Positions 38,480 through 50,073 are shown, counted from the whole stretch's first letter. The stretch is DNA of 55,957 bases, filler included, from Sphacelaria rigidula (GCA_964200075.2; 6 parts of 6 records of this genome joined end to end with filler, not necessarily neighbours in it); one strand, 5' to 3'. Program-made: numbers and translations. Notes: a model not told the origin generated them from the letters alone.

Positions 38480-39893
38480 TGTGCGTCTTGTTCAATAAAA
38501 AATAATAAGACTCATGACACGACCACCGATGTGGTCGAGAGTGGCCAAAACTTTGACCACGAAGGTAGGCCATCTGCCCAGTTGGCATCAACTTCACTCG
38601 AGAAATAACTGCGTGGGCTTATGACGTACCCTCAGGAGTCCAGCGACCAGGGCAACTGGTCCCATTCGACCCCAGAGCTTCTGTGTCTCGTGTTTCCTCG
38701 TTGAGTATTCGCTTGGATCATGACCGTCGCATGCACGTCATGTTTCAGGACAATGGGATCGTTCCGAAGGCCTCCGAGCAGTAGAAACCAGTTGTTCGGA
38801 CACTTTTTGCCTACGCAATCCCGTCGATCTTTTTGAACGACCCACCACGCAGTTGGCATGTATGACCCGGCCAGTAGGCCGAGCGGGTTTGCGAAATTCT
38901 CGCGTCCCTCACGTCTTCTCCGGAAAAGAAGTGTGTAAACATTGCGTGTGTTTTGGTTTTACATATTCACAACGTGAAGTTCACACCCCCCGTCACGAAA
39001 TGGACATGACGAGACACGAGGGTAGTGGAATGAGGGGACTTTTACGGGGGTATGGCTCTTGTAAATACTGTACAGGACGCAGCATCCAAAATGTTGCGTG
39101 AGGAGTTCTTGACTGGCCGGCACTACGCGAAAATGTCATGAACCCATGGTCTTGATTCCCGGCGAAGTGCTGCTGATGAGCTGATGGCGTGCCCGAGTAA
39201 ATGATTCGATGTACACGCATTGCCAGAGGCTTGCAAGCGGTTGTCTACACCCGAACCAGTTCCTCCGAAAGGGTAGTCATCTTACCGCCACTCAAGGTTC
39301 TGGGTGCTTGGAAAGCAAATTGCCGGGAGCAGTCCGTGTTCGTACCTTTACAAGGTGAAATCGTGGAACTGCCCAAGTGAGCGAGCTGTCAAAGCATGTG
39401 GCCCACCTGAAGGGGCTGTGCTATTGCAGCGAACCTCCATATTTCACATCCTGCTTGCTGCTGGGTCGTGTCATATCTCCTCCCGACACCGTCCTTAAGC
39501 TGAACGTCCACGGCGGCAGATGTTCATCCATCCGTCTCTATTTCCTCGTGCTTCGGTCCTCATTCGTTTCCGTTCCAGGCGTGGTTCTGCGAGATCTTGG
39601 AGGAGAGGCGGTTCCGTCACCTGTACCGACAATTCTACTTCGCCCCGATCTACATTGGCACGTGAGTCTTTTCGGATGAAAGAAGAAACAGGCCTCAAGT
39701 AGATCATCCCCGCTTCCCATTGTAACACTAGTGAATTTTGCATCTTGCCCCGGCGCAAATACCCCCAATGAGACATTTCGTCGAGTAGTTCGTTCGTCGG
39801 CGCACTCACGTTTTCCCCCTAGTGTACATGAAGCTGATACAGGGGTCCTAATTTCACGTACGGATTCGAGTCCATGGAAATAGTTGTAGGCAT
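38480..39893 (-). pseudogene. Frameshifted BTB/POZ + NCLDV major-capsid-like fusion ORF (endogenous viral element candidate)
   Basis: Ordered motifs across frameshifts: ISMDSNP..CISFMYT..ELLDEMSHWG (BTB-like); VTMGSGDDLL..FF; KYGG..QVGHML; IPLP; RENFANP..WWVVQKD..NNWF..NDPIV; PEG..LMPTGQMAYLR (MCP-like); no introns evident. Confidence 0.5.
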
Positions 39894-39974
39894 TCTAGTG
39901 GCTGGCAGAGGCAACGAGAGAGATGAAACGACCAGATCCTCCTCGAAAGTTTTTTATTTCTTCACAGGCTAGTT

Positions 39975-40050
39975 GTGTTTCATGCTTAGCCGCACCGAGC
40001 GCTCAGTTTGAAAAGAAATGGCCCGACTACCAATCCCGTCTGTACCCGAC
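39975..40050. repeat. Direct repeat of about 75 bp (second copy ~40652-40727) containing CCAAT
   Basis: GCCGCACCGAGCGCTCAGTTTGAAAAGAAATGGCCC..TACCAATCC versus GCCGCACCAAGCGCTCAGTTTAAAAAG..AGAAATGGCCC..TACCAATCC. Confidence 0.85.
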
Positions 40051-40383
40051 TTTTTTCGCCGGCTGTACTGAAATTGTAGTGCATCCGTTACAGTCATTCC
40101 CGCCCTGAAGAGGGAGATGAATTGTTTTTCAATCCGACGTCCCTCAGACATGGATGTTTTCACCCCCTCGTCAATTCATCTCGTTCGCGTTCCAGGAATT
40201 TCGCACGAAGCTTACACTCGAGGAACATGATCCGTTCCAGTGTGCGTGACATTCCAACATCATATTAGCCACCCAATGCTGGCATTGTTTTTCAAGGTGG
40301 GCTGAACAAACTCTCGCCCTGTACCCTTGTGCACTTCCACCAACACCTGGCACATCAGGTTGTTCGCACTGTCTTTGCTTGAA

Positions 40384-40749
40384 ATGTCGAGCTGGTGGGA
40401 GGACATGCGCCACGACAAAAACTACAACTGGGGAAGCGGGACCGTAGTGTTCTCCGTGCTCTGTATCATTTTTGTCATCCTCATCGTGATCTGGCACTTC
40501 GCGGAGGCCTGGAGAATCCTGCCGGGTGCGTACTACATCTCGGGGCAGGTTCCGGTAAGTGCGTACGTGAACGGTGGCCCTAGTGCAGGCTCCCAGCACA
40601 TGAACCAATTTATCGTGGTGAAACGACATACCGCACTCGTCTCACGTCTGGTTGTGTTTTATGCTTGGCCGCACCAAGCGCTCAGTTTAAAAAGACAAGA
40701 AATGGCCCTAGTACCAATCCAGTCGGGGAAGAAAGTCGGATACAGATGA
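40384..40749 (+). CDS. Small intronless single-TM protein, unknown function
   Basis: MSSWWEDMRHDKNYNWGSGTVVFSVLCIIFVILIVIWHFAEAW...; GC3-rich codons up to ~40620; true 3' end uncertain. Confidence 0.55.
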   Translation: MSSWWEDMRHDKNYNWGSGTVVFSVLCIIFVILIVIWHFAEAWRILPGAYYISGQVPVSAYVNGGPSAGSQHMNQFIVVKRHTALVSRLVVFYAWPHQALSLKRQEMALVPIQSGKKVGYR

Positions 40750-41413
40750 CATGCCGCGCCCGTTTCACGTCTGGCTTGTGAAGTCCGTGTCGAATGCATC
40801 GAACAAGATCGGTACTGCAACGTGGCCGATGTCAATGGTTACAACAATCACACCCATCATGGTTCGGACCCATAAATCTCCATCAGGTTAGGACGATTGG
40901 CAGACTCTCGAAACGCCTCATGAAGCGAGGGGCCGTTGAGGGGAGTCTAGTTTACCGGCGTTGGGCTACAAATGTCGACGGTCAAAACAGTCTCGCCAGT
41001 ATCGTCCACCATTACCTCCAACCCCAACCCCAACCATTACCTCAATAGTAGTAGTCGATGATTCCTCTTGGAATGTGGAGCCGATATGAGTACCTTCAGA
41101 TCCCAAATGTGATGAGCGGCGGGAGGCGTTATAGTCCAAGGAAATCGCCAATTACCAGCACATTACGTAAATGAAGAATTTAGGCGCGAACCATTATACT
41201 AGACTTTCGATTCCCGTTGAACACAGTGATGAAGTATTGTCATCAACCAATATTTGTAGCTCAACGACGGCAAGCTCTATCGGTTGGGAGCGACCGTTCG
41301 AAGCGAAGTCAAATTTTCTGCAAACGCATCAAACTGAGGGCTTGTGCACATCGAACCCACCCCCTACTGGATTCACTGCTTTGTCGCACGTTGATTTCCT
41401 TTCTGGTCTCCAG

Positions 41414-41707
41414 ATCAACATCGTCATCGAGACGAATCTACACAGGATCTACAACGTCAGCCGCGGCCTCATCATCACGTTCGTCCTTCTTTACTGCGCA
41501 TTCGCGTACGCGGATGACCAGGGATGGGAGTTACACTACATCACCATGGCCTTCTGTTTGTCGCTTCTCGCACAGTTCAAGGCCAAGCCCAGCGTGGTGT
41601 TCTTGGCCGTCAGTACCGGCGTCTGGGTTCAAGGTCTGGGTGCATACGGCGTGGAGTTCTTGTGCATCAACAACAAAACCATGGCCGAAAAGCTAGCTGA
41701 AGATTAA
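41414..41707 (+). CDS. Terminal exon or 3' part of a multi-pass membrane protein, unknown
   Basis: TTCTGGTCTCCAG acceptor; GC3-rich frame INIVIETNLHRIYNVSRGLIITFVLLYCAFAY...AEKLAED*. Confidence 0.6.
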   Translation: MNIVIETNLHRIYNVSRGLIITFVLLYCAFAYADDQGWELHYITMAFCLSLLAQFKAKPSVVFLAVSTGVWVQGLGAYGVEFLCINNKTMAEKLAED

Positions 41708-43994
41708 CGCGAGGGGAGGCTGCGCACGACTCTGGGGCTGTTTTGTATGATGCAGCACTGCTTCGATTCGCGCTGTAGACGCTGTCCTGGACATTGCGCC
41801 AAAGCTTCCCCCAGCGGGCAAAGGCGTCGAGAAGACCATCTGTGGGACCTCCGAGTGGATTATTGTAGCGACCGAGATTTGAATAGTTAACGTCTGAAGA
41901 AGTCCTCGTCGCGAGTGTCGTGAAGTTGAGAAGCCGCGGAAGTGCGGAAGAGGATCGATGAAATGAGTCCGGTGCCCGTGTCATGTGCTGCTGTGTAAAA
42001 TAGTGCGGTTGTTATCTGTGTGAAAGACACGTTCATGTCTACAGTGTCGTCTCTTCTGATGGCATTGCGTGGCTGGTGTGAAAACCACGGGAGATGGCGA
42101 TCGTAGAATACCGTAATCTATAAAGATGCGATTTTGTAAATCGTCCTTTGCGCCCACCCGCGAACTTACGTTCCTGCATTTTTGGGGTTCTAAATACTTG
42201 ATATTTTTTACCCTTCGATGTTCACCGTCAGGTTATCTGACGTTTTTTTTCCGGGCTGGATTTCGGTGAGTGATGTTTGTGTTGATTCTTGGGCTTGGTG
42301 GAGGTGTTGTGATCCCCATTCATGTCTTGAAATAGGGGGGTAAATATTGACCTTTTATTACCTGAAGCGCAGCGCGGTACGCTCATGTATGTTGGATAGT
42401 GGAATCGCAGCTTCGGTCGCTTCAGGCCAGGCCTTGCGCAAACTTCGACCTTGTGCTGCTGCGGATACCTGGATACGTTGATGGTGTTGGCGTCCTGGCA
42501 TGTCGTGGGGCGGTATACTGCGGTGTCGGAAATTTTGTATTTGGATTTATACTAAAAGTTGGGCGATCGGTGTGTGATGTTGACGGTTGTATAACGTTGG
42601 ATGTCATCTGTACGGTGTATATTCTATCGATAGGACGCTTGTATCTTCGGGATGTTGGCTCTTTGGCGACGTCGTTTTCGGCGTCTCTTTGCCTGCCTTT
42701 GCTTGTCTTACGTGATCTCCTTGTCGCTTCATGAGGCGTTGTGTTCGCGGGAGCATTTTGTTGTGGTCGCGGGAACAATTTCGGTTTGTTCGGTGGGTCC
42801 CCCTGCCCCTAGCTGAAGATGACGGGACGGGGCGGAGCATAGAACAGAACAGGGCGTGCTTGGCTGAGCTAGATCAACAGTACGTTGCTCCATCTTGGGA
42901 TGTGGGACCAGAGTTGTTGGGTGTCGCAGGTCACTTTTCGTTTTATTTGTGATCGATGACCGTCGAGCGTCGCCTCGAACCGGAGCAACATAACGCTCAC
43001 GGAGGGGAACCTCTCGACGCTCTGTCGGCGATGGCGAACGGGCGGTTGTGGTTCGAGCGCCCCGTTTGTTTTTAGTTTTCAGGATTACGAGCAGGCGCTG
43101 TGTCGAGAGACGGAATGTGTTGTCTGTCCGGATGACAACGGAACATTGCGCGTCTTGAAACAGCGCCCGTGGATTCCAGTCGTTCCCGGCTTTTGGGTAG
43201 TTTGGAGAAAGTGCTAGATAGATGGAGGTTGCTTGACCGGCTGCTACCCGCGGTGAACCCACATCCGGAATGCGGCGGTGTGTAAATTGATGCTTGAAGC
43301 AGGAAGTTTCCTACATGGTCGTGATGTACTACGCGTCTGATGGGCACGTTCTTCACCACGGGGTCGGGGACATGGATGTGTCGCTCAAAATTGGATCCCT
43401 AGCGAGCGTGGTCTCGAGTGGCTATCTTGGGTACCGTTTGGTGAAACCGACTCCCCCTCGCCCCGTATCACCATGGGAAGGCTGAGCGCTGCGTTTCATC
43501 CCTTTAGTGGGCACCGAACAAAGCTAGCGTTACGCACTTTCGTGTGCATCTTCCGGAGATGCGGTTTGTGTGTGTGTATGCCGGTATTTTACTCGTCTAG
43601 GGTGTGGGCTGTTACAAGTTTGCACCTTGTGTGTAAGTACTGATTGTGGCGAATGAATCTTGCGAGCAGTCCTTGGGCATGTATGTATATGAAGTTATCA
43701 TCTAGACGTTCCATGCCCTTCGTGAAACATGAGAAATGAAGGAATCGCATGAGTATGCTGGTGAGCCCATATTTGTTGGGTCAGTTCGTGTTGTGCGGTA
43801 CTCGAAGGCATCCTGCAACTAGAGGAATGAAGACACGAAGGTCTGCAGCAGCTCAACCTGTTGCGTCCAGTGCCATTCTTCCGACCTCGTCTTGATGGCA
43901 TGATTGCCAGCATTGTCATGCCATGTCGTTGATCCTGACCACAGTTTGTTCCGGGTTTGTCGCATGAGGCCGTTGACTCTCCCATCTCGCCTGC

Positions 43995-44175
43995 GTCGAC
44001 GGCAGTAGTATGAGATGTCTGCGATGGTGGGCTATTCCGCGAGAACGACGTTGCGAGATGATGGATGAATTCTCGGCAGACGATACTTCAGCAGTGCACT
44101 TGAATACTGTTGCTGGGCATTCGATACCCTAGGTGACATCTCATACTACTGCCGTCGACATCTCATACTACTGCC
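43995..44175. repeat. Perfect 25-bp inverted repeat with a partially duplicated right arm
   Basis: GTCGACGGCAGTAGTATGAGATGTC (43995-44019) / GACATCTCATACTACTGCCGTCGAC (44135-44159); 19 bp repeated again at 44157-44175. Confidence 0.9.
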
Positions 44176-45377
44176 AAAAAGTGGGCATTCGGAGATATTT
44201 CACAAATATTGGAAGAAAAATCATTTGCGGTCAATCATGAATGACTTACGGGCTTGACCGATCTTCGGAGGTCCTGCGGAAATACGACTCCAATACTCGA
44301 TCCAGATTATATAAATACAGCGTCGAAAAGGATTGTGTTTTTGAAATTCCACCTATTCACTGCGCTGAAGCAGGAAAATTATGTTTTTAACCCTCCCGAT
44401 AAACGGGGTTTTAACGTAGTATCGCCCCCGCAACACCAACATGGGCGATTGTGATTTGAGCAAGGTATGCTTATTTTGCCCGAACCATCGACGCTAGCTC
44501 TTCCGAGTGATCACGGAAAATGTCATGCGGAAACCCCCCAAAATAGGCCATCCGCAGAAAATACTAGACAGGTCTGTGCGGTATGGGAGGGAAATACGAT
44601 CTCGATCGCCATTGTGAAATTTTTCACACGTATTCATTCATCTGAATATTTAACCGTTTCGTCGCTGAAGAGCGGGATAACTGCTTATATTGGACCATAA
44701 ACGGTCAATGACACGCTCCTGATAAACGAGGTATCAAATCCGTATCCCCAGAAAAACACCAACGTGAGCACTGCTGTCCGAGCGCGGCCTACGCCCCTCC
44801 CTAAATACTGCGACGCCAAGCTAATAATGTTAATTTCGAGCTGGAGTCCTCCTCGTGAAGCACGAGATTCTCGACACCGAACGCTTCCCTCAACCTTTTC
44901 CACCGCTTTTCCCGGCGAAAGACGACTAAATAGTGTGGCGGAGGGGGGGGGCGAGTTGTTGAGCCAGTTCTCGCTCGAATACAAGCTGGATCAACTGTGA
45001 ATCCCGCATTTGCTTTCCATACCACAACCTTTGAAGTGTATCGAGGCAGCCCGACTTGAGCCTATCGCTGTGACCTGCAGACCAACCAGGTAACGCACGG
45101 CACCGCCGCTGGAAGAAAAAAACGAAGAAATTGTCGGGATTCGTACCAGTGACCTCCATAGCTGGAGTCGACTGTATCACGTGGATTAAAGGGACGTATA
45201 CGTATCACACAAGATGTGCCCGGCTGCTCCCACTGTGAAGTATTCTCGGCCAAAATTTCACCGGGTCTCCCGTACATGCGTGCCCACAACGTGCAAGGGG
45301 ATGTCGCCGTACTTTGTAATTCTCACGGAGTTAGCATTTTCCTCGTTTTTTTTGCTGAAACTCCAAACACCTCTTGA

Positions 45378-45891
45378 CCCTTAGACCGCGAGGTTAGTCT
45401 TCTGCTGAATCGGCATCAATTTCAAGTGGAAAAAAGAATGCATGATCCAGAAGGACTAATCTCGCGGTTAATAATGTTGCGCGTGCGTTCATGAAAATGT
45501 CGAAATTTCAGCGCCTGACCCTGGCCTGACTCTTCGAATCACCAACCGCCTGGCCTAAAAACATTATAAAATCATTGTCAGCTGCAAGAGTCTGTGAACG
45601 GAGTGTATACTTGCGCGAACAAAGCGAACGCACGTTTGCACAGCCCAGGAACGGTCTAATCGTACTCAAGCTCACGATTGTGCGTGTGAGGTCGTGGCAC
45701 CGCACGTGTCTATAGGCTTGTTCATCCTCACCTCCTACAATTGGGTCATGGGCAAGTAAATGTCCTTTTTTTGTAATCCCTACACAACAGTTGCACTTAG
45801 ACCGCGAGGTTAGTCTTCTGTTGAGTCGGCATCAATTTCAAGTGAAAAACAATATGCATGATCCAGAAAGACTAATCTCGTGGTCTAAGGG
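45378..45891. mobile_element. piggyBac-like MITE whose two ends are direct copies of a ~90-bp self-complementary module
   Basis: TIR CCCTTAGACCGCGAG / CTCGTGGTCTAAGGG; flanks TTGA / TCAA; module at ~45380-45470 and ~45797-45888. Confidence 0.7.
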
Positions 45892-46027
45892 TCAAGTGAT
45901 ATCATACTGACCAAGGTGAGCAGCAACTGAAGAGGGGGTGAACTAGCTGGATTTTTAGGGCTGAGCTGGCGGCTCTGGCCAGTCAAGTATAAATTGACCG
46001 CGTCAGTGGCAAGTTGATAATTTTTTT

Positions 46028-46562
46028 CAAGGGTAGGTCGAGTAGGGTATGTACATTTGAGTACTCGAGTAGAATACTCAAGTATTTACTGTACTCGACG
46101 TTTGAGTACGTCGAGTACGGCCTCAAATACTCTACTCAATTTTTGAGTAGGTCGAGTACGACCTCAAATACTCTACTCAAAGATTGAGTAAGCACTCTTA
46201 GTGATACTTGAGTATCGAGTATCACTTGAGTATGACCTCAATACTCTACTCAAATTGTGAGTAGGTCGAGAGTACGGTCTCAAATATTCTACTCACTTTT
46301 TGAGTAGGTCAAGTACGACCTCAAATACTCTACTCAAAATTTGAGTAAGCACTCTCAGTGATACTTGAGTATCGAGTATCACTTGAGTATGACCTCAATA
46401 CTGTACTCAAAATTTGAGTAGGTTGAGTATGGTCTCAAAGACTCTGCTCAAATTTCGAGTACGTTGAGTACGGCTTTCAATACTCCCCTCAAATTTTGAG
46501 TACTAAAAGTATGACTTAAAAAAACACTGAGTATTGAGTATACTCTACTCGACCTACCCTTG
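46028..46562. mobile_element. MITE filled with TACTC/GAGTA arrays (P- or hAT-like ends)
   Basis: TIR CAAGGGTAGGTCGAGTAG / CTACTCGACCTACCCTTG; 8-bp flanks ATTTTTTT / AATTTTTT; internal ~170-bp tandem duplication. Confidence 0.85.
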
Positions 46563-46615
46563 AATTTTTTCCACTTAATCGGCGACGGCGAGCGAAGCCG
46601 CGATCTCCAGCCCCC

Positions 46616-46715
46616 NNNNNNNNNNNNNNNNNNNNNNNNNNNNNNNNNNNNNNNNNNNNTTAATTAATTAANNNNNNNNNNNNNNNNNNNNNNNNNNNNN
46701 NNNNNNNNNNNNNNN
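46616..46715. other. Artificial contig-joining spacer 5
   Basis: Same 100-bp structure, 9343-bp period. Confidence 0.98.
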
Positions 46716-47319
46716 GGGAAAACACTGTTTTAGGCTTGAATCTCATCTCGGAGTTAAACCTCAATTCGCACAATTTGTTGTTATACCACTCGGGACCTCC
46801 GTTTAGGATATCATTGTCTACCCGGAATGTCCATCTATCTGGTGTAATGAGGTTACGGTGCTGTTATGGCAAGCACCGGCTCACTAGGCAAGGCAAGGGG
46901 GTCAGTCCCCAAGACTGAACGGTCAGGCCAAACAACAAGGTACCGTCTCACACAGGACGTGTCCGACAAATATCAATATCTCACGCGCAAGTTATATCTC
47001 CTTCTTTATTGCCTGGTCTCGACCTTCTAGTATCCACTCAATCAATCCAATCTCACGCTAGGTATATCAGTCTCACCAGCGTTAGACTTCTTGCTGAGAG
47101 AGGGGCAGTAGATGGTAGTGACAGAGGTTGGCCCTCGCTTGCCAAAGGCATGCTCAAGCCACCATCGTCTCTGCCATATACGAATTCATACTCGTACCTG
47201 ATCAACTCTGAACAGACATGCAGTCTTGGGTCTTAGAATACCCTAATTGCAAATATAAAGCCGGACTCATCAACGGGTCTGAGGCGGCATAATAACAGGC
47301 TAATATGCGTCATCATGAC

Positions 47320-47826
47320 ACTGGGATATGTATACTCATCTAAAATGTCAAATCCATCTGGGATATCTAGTTGAATCCATCTGCATGGGATGTTCACCTG
47401 CGATGTCCACCGGGGATATTTCTCTGGGAATCCATCCATCACGGATATATATATATATATATATATATATGAATATCCATCTGGTGATATTTGTCTGGAT
47501 TACCATCGGAGACCTACACCTGGTCTTTCAAATCCATGAGGGATGTCTACCCGGGGGATGTCCACGTGTGATATTGAAATCTTTCTCGAATGAATCTGGG
47601 ATGTCGGACTCATCTGAAATATTAGGTTATCTGGGGATGTTCATCGTAACGCGGGTAATCCCACATGGATAGTTCAGATGAATATCCCGGATGGACTTTC
47701 CTCCATGAACATCACAGATAAATATCTCAAATGGATTCGGTGCCCCAGATGGATGAGGTATCCCAGATGGATGAGGTATCCCAGATGGATATTCACGTCC
47801 CAGATGGATATCCACATCCCAGATGG
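47320..47826. repeat. TE remnant with CCATCTGGGAT / ATCCCAGATGG motif arrays and an (AT)n tract
   Basis: Motif occurs in one orientation on the left and the opposite orientation on the right; left TIR not found. Confidence 0.6.
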
Positions 47827-48992
47827 AGGCCACACGGTAATGACATAAAGAAAAAATATAATAGAGAAAATAGAAAAGACAGAGCAGCTAGTAGAAAATA
47901 GAAGTTCGTAGAGATGGTCGAAAAACAGAACGAGGACGGATGGACATCGGTGAGAGATTGTGCCTTTCAAAAACCAAACGTGTAGTGGAATAATGTTCAT
48001 CCGGGAGCAGTGGCCGACAGCAGATCCCCGTCTCGTGGTTTCCGTAATAGATCGTTCTACCGTGCGTTCTCTGTTAACACTAGACAGAGTGCTGTATAGT
48101 GGTTCTTGGAAACACAGTGGCAGCACCGCCCTTGATTCATGCGTGTTCCCGCGCACGTGACATCGGTTGAAACCGGGCTAGAGGACATCGCGTGAAACCC
48201 GACAGCACCACACTGCCACAGATCTAGTGCCGTACATGAAGAACAATTGAGGGGCTATATATCTTCACAGCTCCACCGTCTTGATCTTCAGGTGGAAAAG
48301 ACTCGAGAAGTGCAGGGAAATGCGGTGCTGCTTTCTCTGTCCGTTTCTATTGACTGGTGGTAGGCCTACGGATCTGCATTTTTGGCTCAATCAAGGGCAC
48401 TTGTGCAGCGGAGTATGACGAACACCAGCGGCGCACGTGCCTCGTAGGAGCATTCAGCACATAACTTGCATTTGCGACACCGCCATGGAGTCGAAGGGCA
48501 AACTTGTCGCCACCAGGATCAAGTACGAGGGACGCACCGAAAAACGAGCAGTACACCCGTGTTGTTCACGTCTGATCGAGCCAGCACTATCATAGACCCG
48601 CACAAATAAACAGAGGATCCTGAAAAATGGGAACGGATTCCTGTATGGAAAGGATAAAAAACGTACTCGGAAATGGTGTGGAATGGAACCCCTCTAAGGC
48701 ATCGTCGACAAGACTGGAAGCTCCCTGAACGTTGAAGAACTGAGTTCAGAGGTTGTGGTTCCATTTTGATGATGAAAAACGGGGCGTTTTTGGACAACAA
48801 CGCTTCATGTTTGGGCCTGAAATATTTTTCCCTCGGGCCCAGAAGATCAACACATGCTGTTCCGGTAAATTTCGGAACACCCAACAGTAACTTTCGGACT
48901 TTTATATATGTTCCATGTGTGTTTTTTCCTTTGTGGTAGTTAGTACATTGTTGAGCTTGATGCGATTTGAGAACGGTTTCCAAAATAACCCC

Positions 48993-49862
48993 CAAGATCC
49001 CCCCCACACGCATGTCGCAAGACAAGTGAATACCCCTCCCACCTTCCCTCCTCTTCCCCCTCCCACACACAAACACATACGTACGAATGCCACGGCGCTT
49101 GTGCTTTCCCCGCCTCGGACCGCGTTCGTGAAAGGTCGTGTGCCCCGCAACCGACCACACCACACGGCGCTCAGTAGTTGACGGCATCGAATCGAATTGA
49201 ACCTCATCGGTGCAAACAACACGCTTCACATCTCAAATGCACGAACGCGGCTCGTCGTGTGTGTCCACACAGCTTGCGGCGACGAAAAGCTGGAGACATC
49301 GAACTACATCGATGCACCCATAGCGCTTCACAAAACATCTACCGATACTCTAAAGACGCCACAAACACTCTCACAGCATTCGCAAGATTCCCCCCCACAC
49401 TCGCGAGGTCAATGGTCTTATGACTATGGCATGCATGATCATGAGTACACCCACACTCGCATGTCGCAAGACAATAGCGAATACCCCTCCCCCCTCCCCT
49501 CCTCTTCCCTCTCCCGCACACAAACACACACCCTCCCACACACAAACGCACGCCACGGCGCATGTGCTTTCCCCGTCTCGGACCGCGTTCGTGAAAGGTC
49601 GTATGCCTCGCAACCGACCACACGGCACGGCGCTCAGCAATTTATGGCATCGAACCGAATTTAACGTCATCGGTGCAAACGACACGCTTCACATCTCAAT
49701 GCACGAACGCGGCGCGTCGTGTGTGTCCACACAGATTGCGGCGACGAAAAGCTGAGGATATCGAACTTCATCGATACACCCATAGCGCTTCACAAAAACA
49801 TCAACCGATACTCTAAAAACGCCACAAACACTCTCACAGCACTCGAAAGTCCCTCCCACACA
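48993..49862. repeat. Tandem duplication of a unit of about 400-450 bp
   Basis: 49005-49395 versus 49452-49862 (CTCGGACCGCGTTCGTGAAAGGTCGT in both); the linker 49400-49450 belongs to the family at 18500-18570 and 18687-18760. Confidence 0.9.
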
Positions 49863-50073
49863 CGCACGCCGCAAACACCAAACACAATGCTGCTCACAGA
49901 GCGCAGTGTCGCCAATCCTTCACGCAGGTAGACAATTGCCCTCTGGCCCCCAAGGTTGAGAGGCCGCGGTGAAACACTCGAGATTTGCATCAAACACAAT
50001 GCATACCAAGCCTCTGAAAGCACAATTTCAAAGGGTGTCGAGAAGCCTGATGGATCTTGAATTCATGTGGCAG

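Noticed and set aside
46862-47297. Possible solo LTR (TGTTAT...ATAACA)
   Set aside because: No matching TSD and no second copy in the window
48020-48080. WW-domain-like HGRTIYYGNHETG on the minus strand
   Set aside because: Both signature tryptophans are missing and there are stops just upstream
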